From the NCBI GenBank assembly GCA_002269645.1, contig NIVC01004082.1, positions 1-61,235 of the forward strand: a DNA stretch of 61,235 bases, in the 5' to 3' direction. Below the pieces are notes generated by a model, which was not told where the DNA came from, made no database searches, and saw only the letters and a list, made by a program, of their open reading frames with translations. A program made the translations under genes and the position numbers. Source of the DNA: Macrostomum lignano. Taxonomy: Eukaryota. Shown piece after piece: positions 24,701 through 37,600 of the stretch; within the stretch, counting starts at the first letter, position 1; each line of letters opens with the position of its first letter.

Positions 24701-27700
24701 GTCTGGGGATCTGAGAGGGGGCGGCCTAGTCTGGGGATCTGAGAGGGGGCGGCCTAGTCTGGATCTGAGAGGGGGCGGCCTAGTCTGCAGATCTGAGAGG
24801 GGGCGGCCTAGTCTGGGGATCTGAGAGGGGCGGCCTAGTCTGCAGATCTGAGAGGGGGCGGCCTAGTCTGCGGATCTGAGAGGGTGGCGGCCTAGTCTGG
24901 GGATCTGAGAGGGGACGGCCTAGTCTGCGGATCTGAGAGGTTGGTACTTAGTCTGCAGATCTGAGAGGGGGCGGCCTAGTCTGCAGATCTGAGAGGGCGG
25001 CCTAGTCTGGGGATCTGAGAGGGGCGGCCTAGTCTGGGGATCTGAGAGGGGGCGGCCTAGTCTGGGGATCTGAGAGGGGTACGGCCTAGTCTGCAGATCT
25101 GAGAGGGGGCGGCCTAGTCTGGGGATCTGAGAGGGGGCGGCCTAGTCTGGGGATCTGAGAGGGGCGGCCTAGTCTGGGGATCTGAGAGGGGGCGGCCTAG
25201 TCTGCAGATCTGAGAGGGGGCGGCCTAGTCTGCAGATCTGAGAGGGGGCGGCCTAGTCTGGGGATCTGAGAGGGGGCGGCCTAGTCTGGGGAGTCTGAGA
25301 TCTGAGAGGGGGCGGCCTAGTCTGCAGATCTGAGAGGGGGCGGCCTAGTCTGGGGATCTGAGAGGGGGCGGCCTAGTCTGGGGATCTGAGAGGGGACGGC
25401 CTAGTCTGGGGATCTGAGAGGTTGGTACTAGTCTGCAGATCTGAGAGGGGGCGGCCTAGTCTGCAGATCTGAGAGGGGGCGGCCTAGTCTGGGGATCTGA
25501 GAGGGGGCGGCCTAGTCTGGGGATCTGAGAGGGGACGGCCTAGTCTGCAGATCTGAGAGGGGGCGGCCTAGTCTGCAGATCTGAGAGGGGGCGGCCTAGT
25601 CTGGGGATCTGAGAGGGGACGGCCTAGTCTGGGGATCTGAGAGGGGTACTAGTCTGGATCTGAGAGGGGGCGGCCTAGTCTGCAGATCTGAGAGGGGCGG
25701 CCTAGTCTGCAGGATCTGAGAGGGGGCGGCCTAGTCTGCAGATCTGAGAGGGGCGGCCTAGTCTGGGGATCTGAGAGGGGTACTAGTCTGGATCTGAGAG
25801 GGGGCGGCCTAGTCTGCAGATCTGAGAGGGGGCGGCCTAGTCTGCGGATCTGAGAGGGGGCGGCCTAGTCTGGGGATCTGAGAGGGGACGGCCTAGTCTG
25901 GGGATCTGAGAGGTTGGTACTAGTCTGCAGATCTGAGAGGGGGCGGCCTAGTCTGCAGATCTGAGAGGGGGCGGCCTAGTCTGCGGATCTGAGAGGGGGC
26001 GGCCTAGTCTGGGGATCTGAGAGGGGGCGGCCTAGTCTGCGGATCTGAGAGGGGGCGGCCTAGTCTGCAGATCTGAGAGGGGGCGGCCTAGTCTGCGATC
26101 TGAGAGGGGGCGGCCTAGTCTGGGATCTGAGAGGGGGCGGCCTAGTCTGGGGATCTGAGAGGGGACGGCCTAGTCTGGGGATCTGAGAGGTTGGTACTTA
26201 GTCTGCAGATCTGAGAGGGGGCGGCCTAGTCTGGGATCTGAGAGGGGCGGCCTAGTCTGGGGATCTGAGAGGGGCGGCCTAGTCTGGGGATCTGAGAGGG
26301 GACGGCCTAGTCTGGGGATCTGAGAGGGGGCGGCCTAGTCTGGGGATCTGAGAGGGGCGGCCTAGTCTGGATCTGAGAGGGGCTAGTCTGCAGATCTGAG
26401 AGGGGGCGGCCTAGTCTGCAGATCTGAGAGGGGGCGGCCTAGTCTGGGGATCTGAGAGGGGGCGGCCTAGTCTGGATCTGAGAGGGGGCGGCCTAGTCTG
26501 GGGATCTGAGAGGGGACGGCCTAGTCTGGGGATCTGAGAGGGGCGGCCTAGTCTGCAGATCTGAGAGGGGGCGGCCTAGTCTGCAGATCTGAGAGGGGGC
26601 GGCCTAGTCTGGGGATCTGAGAGGGGGCGGCCTAGTCTGGGGATCTGAGAGGGGGCGGCCTAGTCTGCAGATCTGAGAGGGGGCGGCCTAGTCTGCAGAT
26701 CTGAGAGGGGGCGGCCTAGTCTGGGGATCTGAGAGGGGCGGCCTAGTCTGGATCTGAGAGGGGGCGGCCTAGTCTGCAGATCTGAGAGGGGCGGCCTAGT
26801 CTGGGATCTGAGAGGGGGCGGCCTAGTCTGGGGATCTGAGAGGGGGCGGCCTAGTCTGGGGATCTGAGAGGGGCGGCCTAGTCTGGGGATCTGAGAGGGG
26901 GCGGCCTAGTCTGCAGATCTGAGAGGGGGCGGCCTAGTCTGGGATCTGAGAGGGGGCGGCCTAGTCTGGGGATCTGAGAGGGGGCGGCCTAGTCTGGGGA
27001 TCTGAGAGGGGGCGGCCTAGTCTGCAGATCTGAGAGGGGGCGGCCTAGTCTGGGGATCTGAGAGGGGGAGATCTGAGAGGCGGCCTAGTCTGGGGATCTG
27101 AGAGGGGGCGGCCTAGTCTGCGGGATCTGAGAGGGGGCGGCCTAGTCTGGGGATCTGAGAGGGGACGGCCTAGTCTGGGGATCTGAGAGGTTGGTACTTA
27201 GTCTGCAGATCTGAGAGGGGGCGGCCTAGTCTGCAGATCTGAGAGGGGGCGGCCTAGTCTGCGGATCTGAGAGGGGGCGGCCTAGTCTGGATCTGAGAGG
27301 GGACGGCCTAGTCTGGGGATCTGAGAGGTTGGTACTTAGTCTGCAGATCTGAGAGGGGGCGGCCTAGTCTGCAGATCTGAGAGGGGGCGGCCTAGTCTGG
27401 GGATCTGAGAGGGGGCGGCCTAGTCTGGGGATCTGAGAGGGGGCGGCCTAGTCTGGGGATCTGAGAGGGGGCGGCCTAGTCTGCAGATCTGAGAGAAAGG
27501 CGGCCTAGTCTGGGGATCTGAGAGGGGGCGGCCTAGTCTGGGATCTGAGAGGGGGCGGCCTAGTCTGGGGATCTGAGAGGGGGCGGCCTAGTCTGGGGAT
27601 CTGAGAGGGGGCGGCCTAGTCTGGGGATCTGAGAGGGGGCGGCCTAGTCTGCGGATCTGAGAGGGGGCGGCCTAGTCTGGGGATCTGAGAGGGGGCGGCC

Positions 27701-28879
27701 TAGTCTGGGAAATTAGAGGCGTGTAGTTAGAAGCATAAATAGAAGCCTCTTCGTATATGAGAAGCCCTAGTCGCAACATGAGCACAGTGAGCACAATCAC
27801 TAGAAATAAGGTAAGTACAACGATCATAGTACGCCAATCATCTAGTAATTGGTAGTATACTGGTAATCTGAGTATAATGTATTCGCTCGCAGATTTTTAC
27901 ACACCCCCAGAGTTAACTCAACAAATCAGTTACCATGTGTACTTTATACAATAGTTAGATCTTTGCAACAAATTGCGTGTAGCTTGATAATATAAAATTT
28001 GTTGCATGCACGAAGCACTGAGACCTTGTGCTGGACCTTAGATTAGAGTCCTGATACAGGCAAATGAGACCTAATAAGTCAAGTATTGAGAGGTACAGGG
28101 GAATGTCAAGCTAATGTAACAGAGCCGCTCACAAACAAAAGCTTGAGAGCCAGGCCAAACGCAGTCTTATCTTGCCAGGCATGAAACAGAATAGATTGAG
28201 AGCAATGGGAAACTCAGGCTTAGATAATTGCTCCAGGGACAGCTGTGATGTCAACACAAATTTAGACCGTTTTTTTTCCTATGCGGAAAATGCCAAACCA
28301 CAACAGGCACACGCTTCTTACAAGCTAATCTTTGTGTGTAGAGACACACCCTCTTTAGTTATTATGGCCATAACAGTTGAATAACAAATTTTCATGATAA
28401 ACAAACACAAACTTTTATGCACCTTTTTGTTAAAAATGTTTTTGTTAAACTGTGCACTATATCACTATATTTTCCATCTTTCTCTTGTCTATATAGTGCT
28501 CTGTCTAAAAAATATTTAATTTCAAACCATATGAGTGGCAGTATCAACTGTTCAAAATTATGATTGAGCTGATAAAGCCAGAGTCTAACAGGTTCACAAA
28601 TCTAAAAAGGATTAAAATAAATAGAATAAAATAAACAAAAACCAATATACTTTCTGCTCTCTGTCTTTCTTCCAAGTTAAATTTTTTTGACATTGTGAAC
28701 TCTAAGTAGCTATTTTAACCTCATGGCCAACAAACTATCCTCAGCGCAACAATAAAAAAGCAATTACCAGTGCTTTCATCAGCAGCCAAAATTCCACGAC
28801 CAGGTGCAACAATAGCATTTGCAATGTCCCTTAGCTCTTTTTGCTTCTTAGCACTTAGGTATTCAGCAAACTGAGGCAT
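21784..28879 (-). CDS. ALDO: Class I fructose-bisphosphate aldolase (4 coding exons, about 366 aa)
   Basis: Exons 28768-28879 (MPQFAEYL...[10 protein letters not shown]), 22583-23049 (...[11 protein letters not shown]...AKWRCVL...PIVEPEVLQ), 22143-22484 (DGDHDL...[10 protein letters not shown]...FLSGGQSEE...[10 protein letters not shown]) and 21784-21962 (ASVLAAW...). The terminal ...[10 protein letters not shown] needs one extra G near 21828. All splice phases agree. Confidence 0.97.
23215..27709. repeat. 28-bp minisatellite, about 160 copies, in aldolase intron 1
   Basis: Unit GATCTGAGAGGGGGCGGCCTAGTCTG(GG/CA/CG), with a recurrent variant unit GAGGTTGGTACTTAG. Confidence 0.98.
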
Positions 28880-30012
28880 TGTTGATTCAAAATATTTCAA
28901 CTAGCTGAAATTGAAGTGATGTTGGTTTTTATATTTTCATATAGTTAATAATGGCTTAAAATTCAATTATTTACCATAAAACTTATTCAGAAAGAAGGAA
29001 AAGTTAAAAGCATTATGTTTTGTTTTTCTTGAAGAAGTAATACTTTAAAATGTATATATACAAAAAGGCATTTAATAAACTTATAAAAACACTAAAATAC
29101 TCATGTATTTGCTTATCTTTATCACTAATGTATTATTCTGATAACGTACACTATAATGACTTCGTAGTTTTTAAAAATCGTTTATTTAAAAATAAAAACA
29201 TAATGTTGATAAGTCCACCCTTTCTCACCATTTCTATGGATAACTCATGCCTGTATTTTCAATTATTATTTTTTTTATCATGCCTGCCTCTTATCAAATG
29301 TATACTATGTTGCAATATAAAGTTTAAACTTGGTCTGCAACATACAGTTTGACAGCTAAGCCTAGCTGAAAATCAAAACAAAATAGAAGTGAGTAACTGT
29401 CGAATTATTAAATTTTACATATATAAATATAAGTTGCTTCATTGGCTTTGTAAATCCTGATCAAAACCGCATGAAGCACATAAATGTACGATGTAAAATG
29501 AATGGAACTATTAATATAGCTAATATTATTAATAATGTCAGCGTCAATTAAGATATTTTTAGACTTGTAACGTTGACAAAGTATGTAAATTATTAATAAT
29601 AAAATGCTAATTGCTTTGTAAACAGACAAATCGAGCCTTGATTCACTATTCGCTACTGCAAGCAGATTTAAGACAGTTCGTGTGGGCACTAGCAATTGAG
29701 CAAGCTAGCCGCTTGCCTTTTGGTACACAGAAATAATTTAATGTTTTTATACATTTTAGGGTTTAAAATAGTGCCAGACTATTTTCCGTTACGGTTATTT
29801 AAAACATTTGCTGTACTAGTTTTCTGTTAAAAGTAAAAAAAATAATTTATTCTCTTAGTAGATTATAACTTTAAGAGTTCTAATAAAATATTCATACTGA
29901 TTTCACTAGCTTGTTAAATGCAGATGACTTTAACTTGCACAATTTTAAAATTATTTAGGAATTATGAAATTTTCGCGATGATCTCCATATCAGCTGTTAT
30001 TGTCGGACATAC

Positions 30013-30117
30013 GACCGTCTAGTCGGTAATGCAGCAACTAAAATTATTCCGTTTAGACAAGAGCACTCGCCGTGCTGTCAGACCGTCTAGTATTTTGTTA
30101 TTCAGACCGTCTAGTAT
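30013..30117 (+). mobile_element. Helitron-like 3' terminus, repeated three times
   Basis: GACCGTCTAGT at 30013-30023, 30081-30091 and 30105-30115. The second copy is preceded by a GCAC-TCGCC-GTGC hairpin (30063-30075). Confidence 0.4.
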
Positions 30118-30408
30118 CTATTATTTTGTAGGCAGTGCAATATGACGATATTTGAAACGAAATTATTCATGACTATTAATATTAATTTAACTAGACCTTT
30201 TTGCTTTAATTTTAGTTTTAAGAGCCTGGATTACATCTGCATGATTATGAAAGATAATAATAGACTACTCATATTTAATATGTAAGCCCTATTGCTTGTT
30301 CACTGCTATATTATAGTATATATTTAATTCAATTGTGATAAAAGTCAATAGAACCTAGCTTGGCCTATGTGACAGTGTCATTTCTGTTCCATAATTATTG
30401 ATTTATTA

Positions 30409-31010
30409 CTAGCAATCTACGCCCCCCGTTGGGGAGCCAAAGAAATGCAATACAGCCTTGAAATCTCATTTATACCCCGTGAGCCTTGACATCTCAGCTA
30501 TTCCCTCCGTAAGCCTTAACATGTCAGCGATGGCCCCATAAACCTTGAAATCTAAAAAATCCCCTGTTATTCTGTTAACCTTGAAACCTGATAAAATATA
30601 ACCCTCAACCCACACCTGACCTAAACCTAACTTTAACCCAACCTAAAGCCTTGAAATCTCAGCAATTCTTCTCCCCTAAGCCTTGACATTTTAGTGATTC
30701 CTTCTTTAAGAATCAAGCACTATAACGATTTCCACCAAGCTTTGACATTGTAGCAATTCCCAAATGAATATTTTAACTTCGACATGACTTTTCTTTCATG
30801 TATACGTAGTGCTACTTTTATTTTTTACATGACTCTTCTTCTATCAGCACCCCCCGTGGCAAGCCAACAAAGAATGGAATAAAAAAATTGAGTAAAGTAC
30901 ATGAACTTTGAAGTAGCTTCTGACTTTTGCTTTGACATCTCAGAAACCCCCCCCCATAATCTCAGTTATTCTCTGAAAGCCTAGCTTGACGTCTCAGTAA
31001 TTCTCCCCAG
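30409..31010 (-). mobile_element. Non-autonomous Helitron-like element with internal subrepeats
   Basis: The minus strand reads GCTCCCC-AAC-GGGGGGC (hairpin), 8 nt, then CTAG|T at 30409. Internal degenerate repeats AGCCTTGACATCTCAG and a CCTAAACCTAAC-like tract near 30620. Confidence 0.45.
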
Positions 31011-31114
31011 CACAGCACTATAGCTTCATTTAATTTTTACATGACACTTCTTTCATGTCTGACATGATACTTCTTTTGACTTTTACATGAAATTTCCATT
31101 AGTTTTAATAAGAG

Positions 31115-31850
31115 GCTTCTATGATTTTTTGATGACGCTTCTATGACATTTTACATGACGCTTCTATGATTTTTACATGACGCTTCTATGATTTTCACAA
31201 GACGCTTCTATGATTTTTTTACATGACGTTTCTATGATTGTTTACATGACGCTTCTATGATTTTTTACATGACACTTCTATGATTTTTACATGACGCTTC
31301 TATGATTTTTTACATAACGCTTCTATGATTTTTTACATGACGCTTCTATGATTGTTTACATGACGCTTCTATGATTTTTATATGACGCTTCTACGATTCT
31401 TTACATGACGCTTCTATGATTTTTTACATGACGCTTCTATGATTTTTTACATGACGCTTCTACGATTCTTTACATGACGCTTCTACGATTCTTTACATGA
31501 CGCTTCTATGATTTTTTACATGACGCTTCTACGATTCTTTACATGACGCTTCTATGATTTTTTACATGACGCTTCTATCATTGTTTACATGATGTTTCTA
31601 TGATTGTTTACATGACGCTTCTATGATTTTTATATGACGTTTTTACGATTTTTTACATGACGCTTCTATGATTCTTTACATGACGCTTCTATGATTTTTA
31701 CATGACGTTTCTATGATTTTTTAAATGACGCTTCTATGATTTTTTATATGACGCTTCTATGATTTTTTACATGACGCTTCTATGATTTTTACATGACGCT
31801 TCTATGATTTTTTATATGACGCTTCTATGATTTTTTTACATGACGCTTCT
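31115..31850. repeat. 22-24-bp AT-rich minisatellite, about 32 copies
   Basis: Unit CATGACGCTTCTATGATTTTT(T)TA. Confidence 0.97.
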
Positions 31851-32699
31851 TTTTAAAAAGTCTTTTAGTTTTCCTGACGTTGAAAAGCTTTAATAAAAAA
31901 AAATTATACTCTATGAAAATTCGAACCATCGTCGCTGCATTTAGCAGTTCAGTTTGTTCACCTCTAGGCTAGCTCTCATCAAATTTTGCACTTATATAAT
32001 TCAACACTTTAAAATCCAAGCATAGAGTAAATCACACGAAGCAGTTATGACATAATCAGTTTCTCAGTCAGTCAGTATCAGTTAACAATATGGTTACGCA
32101 ATTTAAATCAAGTCTGGTGCTACGCTTCCACACTGCATTTTCAATTCAAGTCGGAGTTACAATTCAGTTATGATGCAATCTATTTCAGAATCAGAATTCA
32201 ACCAGTCAGTTTTTTCTCTAGCATTCTTACAATGCATTTCAAGTCGAAAAGTTTGCTTGAACTTTGCAAAAAAGCATGTTTTTCGAATATTTAATGCCTT
32301 TAGCATCGAGCAATTTCTTAGCCACGATGCATGTACAGTCACGGGAAAATTTCTGATCGAACAGTGCAAGTCTCATGAAAATCGGTCCAGCCATTTTTTC
32401 TCTAATCGATTGCGTACAAACAAACAAACAAGCTTTTCATTTTTAGTATATTGGATGGATGGATGGATTGGAAGTTATATTTAGTACCTATATTTAATAC
32501 TTCTCATGTGCTCCGTCATTAAATATTTTTGTACTGTTTTTTAGATAATTCTTCGTTTAAATGAATGATTCATAGAAACAGTCAGCAGTTTAAAATGTGT
32601 TTTAATTTATGAGGTAGGGGCAGAAAAAGTTTTCTTGGAAATTGGTTGTTTGAAATTAATTGCTGGCACCAATGAGGTGGGGTGGATTCCACACTGACA

Positions 32700-33620
32700 C
32701 TGGCAGTCTAGGATAAGATGATAATTCACAGGGACTGAGATCCCAATGAATATATTTCAAAGGTTTGAGCTAACTTTTCAATTTATTGAATGCTCTAGTT
32801 CAAATATTTGGCTATATTTATAGAGACATTGGCTGTTTAAGATGGGTCCCACTAATTCCTAGGGACTTAATATCTAGCCAAGCTAGACATTTTGCAATCT
32901 TGTCAACAACCCTACTAATAGTTTCTTTCTTGGTACATATATCCTTATAAAAGACATCAACATGGGCAAGGATGCCATGCCCTGTGTTACACATATGCTA
33001 TGTGTAAGCAATGTATCAGCAATGTAACTGACAAGTTTGCTCTTGTTGGCAATGTTTGACAAGAGCTTGCCATCCCAATGTAGCAACAGAAGCCCATTGG
33101 ATAAAAAGATATCCATTGCAAAATTCTTGTAGGTGAATACTCTGGTTTGATAAATGTTGCTCCAAGATAGAACAATATTATCAAGGTATATACCAATTGA
33201 CTTGACTATACAATGCTAGTGGCTATAAAGGTGGCATTGTGGTCTAATACTTTAATGTCCTAAGCTGCAGGTATATTTGGCATAATTAATTGTATAGGGC
33301 TGCAAAAGCATTTTTGGAAAGAAGTTAAGGATTTGAGAAGCTATTAATAGTCTCAGTTAGACAAATCATCTGACCTACTTTCATTATCTAACATCTTATC
33401 AATATCAGTATAGTTGCATGAGGCAGTTAAGGTCTGCTGCTTTTGTTTATGAGCAGCTTCCACGAGTACTTGTTTATTGGCCTTATTGACCTTGCTGGCC
33501 TCCCTATAGTAGATGTCGTTATTTGCCATGGGGCATAGGTACATTATCATATCTTGCCTAAATTCCTTAAGTACTAATCTTACTTTTGCCTTCATAACTT
33601 GTAATTTCCTATTTTTAAGT
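32700..33620 (-). pseudogene. Highly degraded hAT (hATm-like) transposase fossil
   Basis: LLLHWDGKLL motif at about 33065-33095, preceded by an AA(L)GH-like segment. Many stops and frameshifts. Confidence 0.4.
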
Positions 33621-33649
33621 CTTTATGACTTTTTCCTATCTTGAGTCTT

Positions 33650-33920
33650 TATAACAGAGAAAGAAAGAAACAAGATAAGAGGATAAAGAATAAGCATAAA
33701 AGTAGAGGATAAGCAGAAATGAGAATAGAGAAAAGAGAGAAAACATAGGAAATATATAAGAGTAGAGAAGAGAAGAAAGAGAAGAAATGAGAGATAGAGA
33801 AAAGAGAAGAGAGAAAAGGGAAATGAAGAGACAAGAGACTGAATATAAAAGAAAATAAGATGATAGATAAGATAAGAGAAGAGTCAGACAAGAAGGGAGA
33901 GACAGATAAGACAGATAATA
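33650..33920. repeat. AG-rich low-complexity tract
   Basis: Runs of AGAA/GAGA/ATAAG with almost no C. Confidence 0.7.
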
Positions 33921-34692
33921 TTGCCTATTATTTTAATTTATATGGTAATTTATAAGGTCACTGTGAATGATATGAATGACTTTATTTAAGAATGTATGCA
34001 AGAATAGTTCTAGGGATTGGAATTCAAGGGGTTTCAATAGCTTGTTGTTATATAATTGGTAAGAGGCATTAGTGCCTATCTTAATAACTCCTTTGAATAG
34101 GCATATAAAATTAAAGTAAAAAAACTATTTTTATTTTACAAGGTTGTTTACAAGGTCATATTCATATCTTAATGCATTGTCATCTTCAGGGCATACCACA
34201 ATAATCCCAACAAACTATATTTATAAATAGAACTAGAACCAAGGTAATGGATAGAATGGTATCAACCTAAAGTGTTATGAGTTGGCACTGAAGGGGACTT
34301 TCTCTTTTCTAACTATATTGTATGCTTATTTATCAACTACACTAAAATAAAACCATTCTGAATCCAATAGATTCGATTGACCTAAGATTTTAAGTAAAAA
34401 AATTACTTAATCCCAAAATGGATTATACTACATGTCTAAAATATAAAATTTAGAGTAATATAACTTCTAGAATTTTTTGTATACTAATTCCTATAGTTTT
34501 GACACTTTGTATAAAAGAGCATATAAAAATTGGAGGATGTGTTCTACAATTAATCTTAATTGTGCCATTTAATGGGTTATCCTACCTTTAATGTTTAGTG
34601 AATAGTTTTTCACTGTTACTGCCATTAGCACAGGTCCATATTCCCAGTTTGTTAAATTTCAGTAAAGCAAATCTAATTAACTAAGCACAATT

Positions 34693-37600
34693 ATGGACGT
34701 TGTTAAGGCTATCCGCGACTACATTCAGACCATGCTACAGATCAGTGGACAGGGCATGAAGATACTGTTAATGGACCAGGAGACCATAGAGATACTGTCA
34801 GTTGCTTATACAATGTCAGAGATTAGTAAGCACGAGGTGTTCCTACTTGAGAGGCTGGAGAGTCCTCGCCAGCCAATGAAGCATCTCAAAGCTGTTGTAT
34901 TTGTTCGGCCAACCAAGGCCAACATGCAGCTGCTGCACGCCGAGCTTCGCAGTCCAAAGTACGGCTCGTACTGTTTATTCTTTAGTCAAGCAATTAGCCG
35001 ACAGGATTTAAAGAGTTTAGCCGAACACGACGAGCAAGAGGTTGTACGCGAAGTTCAAGAGGTGTTCGCCGACTACCTGGCGCTGAGCCCGCTGCTCTTC
35101 ACCCCCAATCAGCGTCTGGCTGTGCGCGGATTCGCCTGGCAGCCCGGCGCGTTGCAGCGCTGCGCCGAAGGCCTGGCAGGCGTGCTTCTGTCGTTGAAAC
35201 GGCTGCCGTTTATTCGCTATCAGAACTCGTCCGCCAATGCTCGCCGGCTGGCCGAGCAGCTGGCTGGGCTGGTAGAACGAGAGAAAGAGGGACTGTTTAA
35301 CTTTCAGGTGCGTTGCGATTTTTTATTGTCGACATGATTGTGAAATATACGAGTACATACGAATTTGATTAAATAATAAAAATACAGTGGAAGTGGAAGT
35401 CAATGCAAGAGAGAAAAACGAAACAAAGTATAAATAGTCAGGCTGGTTCAAACACAAAGAGAAGTTGGTTTGTGCACTTTCCTGCTAGGTTGATGTAGCT
35501 GGATTTTTACGAAAAACTTTCAACAGACGCCCAACAGAGAGTAGTGTCACTTGTCACTAACTAAACTTCTATTGTTTTAGTATATGTGACTAGCCATTTA
35601 GCCCCTCCTCTGGGTGGCTCTATAATAATTTCGCACAAACTCCTATTAGATATTAAGTAAGCATCTAAACCCCGAACTGTTTTAGTAGCATCTTCAGCTA
35701 TATGCTTGTACCCTAAAGTAGTCACGTGGTAATCGGATCCCTCTTTTTAACAAAATGTATTTTTAAAATATTCTTCAGCTATTTTTAACACATTCTTACA
35801 CATTCTTACTTTGCTACTCAGTAGTTAACCGCAAACACTAATTGTTTATTTAGGAGCGCGGCGCCACCCACCTGCTTGTGCTAGACAGACGCGAAGATCC
35901 AGTAACCCCTCTACTAAACCAGTGGACCTACCAGGCTATGGTGCACGAACTGCTGGGCATACGCAACAATGTTGTTGAATTGGGCGACACCAAGGTCAAT
36001 CTGAGTGCTCAATACGACGATTTTTATCGCGATCATTGGCACGTGAATTTTGGCGAACTGGGCGCCGCTGTCAAACAGCTAATGGAAGAGTTTCAGAGGA
36101 AACAGCAGGCCACGGCTGGAAAGATTGAAAGCATTGGAGATATGAAAAATTTTGTGGAAAATTATCCCGCTTTTAAGAAATTGTCCGGCAGTGTTACTAA
36201 ACACGTTAATCTGATGTCCGAGATTTCTAAGCTAGTTGGAGAGCGAAATCTGCTTGAGGTTTGTCTGCATTTGCTGCTGTGATCATCGTTTTGAATCTTC
36301 AGGTTATTGCCCCAGTCCTCAGTGAGTGCTGCCACCCGTTTGCCCTACCAGCTCCTCAGTGAGTGCTGCCACCCCTTTACCCTACCAGCTCTTGATTGAG
36401 TGCTGCCAACTCCTTTGCCCCAACAGCTCTTCATTGAGTGCTGCCAACTCCTTTGCCCTACCAGCTCCTGAGTGAGTGCTGCCACCCCTTTACCCTACCA
36501 GCTCCTCAGTGAGTGCTGCCACCCCTTTACCCTACCAGCTCCTCAGTGAGTGCTGCCACCCCTTTACCCTACCAGCTCCTCAGTGAGTGCTGCCACCCCT
36601 TTACCCTACCAGCTCCTGAGTGAGTGCTGCCACCCCTTTACCCTACCAGCTCCTCAGTGAGTGCTGCCACCCCTTTACCCTACCAGCTCCTCAGTGAGTG
36701 CTGCCACCCCTTTACCCTACCAGCTCCTCAGTGAGTGCTGCCACCCCTTTACCCTACCAGCTCCTCAGTGAGTGCTGCCACCCCTTTACCCTACCAGCTC
36801 CTCAGTGAGTGCTGCCACCCCTTTACCCTACCAGCTCCTCAGTGAGTGCTGCCAACTCCTTTGCCCTATCAGCTCCTCAGTGAGTGCTGCCAACTCCTTT
36901 GCCCTACCAGCTCCTCAGTGAGTGCTGCCAACTCCTTTGCCCGTGGTTTGAAATATTGACAGTTTTCCAATGGTTAAAACATGCCAAACCAACTGCTTGT
37001 CCCATAGGTGTCCGAACTCGAGCAAGAGCTGGCAGCCCTAGGCGGCGAGGCGCACGCCCACCTGCAGCGGGTTCAGCATCTGATCGCTTCGCCGAAAGTC
37101 ACGGAGCTGGACGCGCTCCGGCTGGCGCTGCTGTTTGCGCTGCGCTACGAGACTCAGGCAGCGTCGGCGCTGCCAGCCCTGCGGGACGCCTTGGCGCGTA
37201 GGGGGCTCAACGAACAGCAGACCGGGCTCATCGCGGCGCTGCTCAGGTGAGGAGACTGCAGAAAAAAAAATAGTTTTGAATATTAAGTGAGAAATAGTCT
37301 ATGAAAGAGTTTGCTGCTGATGTCTATGGCCAAATTATCAACTTTGGTGCCTTTTCCGTCTATGTCTATGGGCAAGACCGAATCTAGCGCAGCTAAATAG
37401 GAGAATTCTCAACTTGGTTAGCTTAACTATCAAGGCTGTAGAAAGCAACACCAGGTTAGTATAGCATTTTGCAGCCCATTTGGGCTTACGCGCATTGAAT
37501 TTAATCCAAGATACGTTTGCCAATGTAACAGAGCATTTGTCTATGGTAGCAAGGCTGGCGCAGCGGCATTTAATTTGGTCCAAAAAGCATCAATTTGGTC

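Noticed and set aside
32100-32470. Helentron/HINE-like repeat (AAATCGGTCCAGCC, (ACAA)n, (GGAT)n)
   Set aside because: Suggestive motifs only; I could not define termini.
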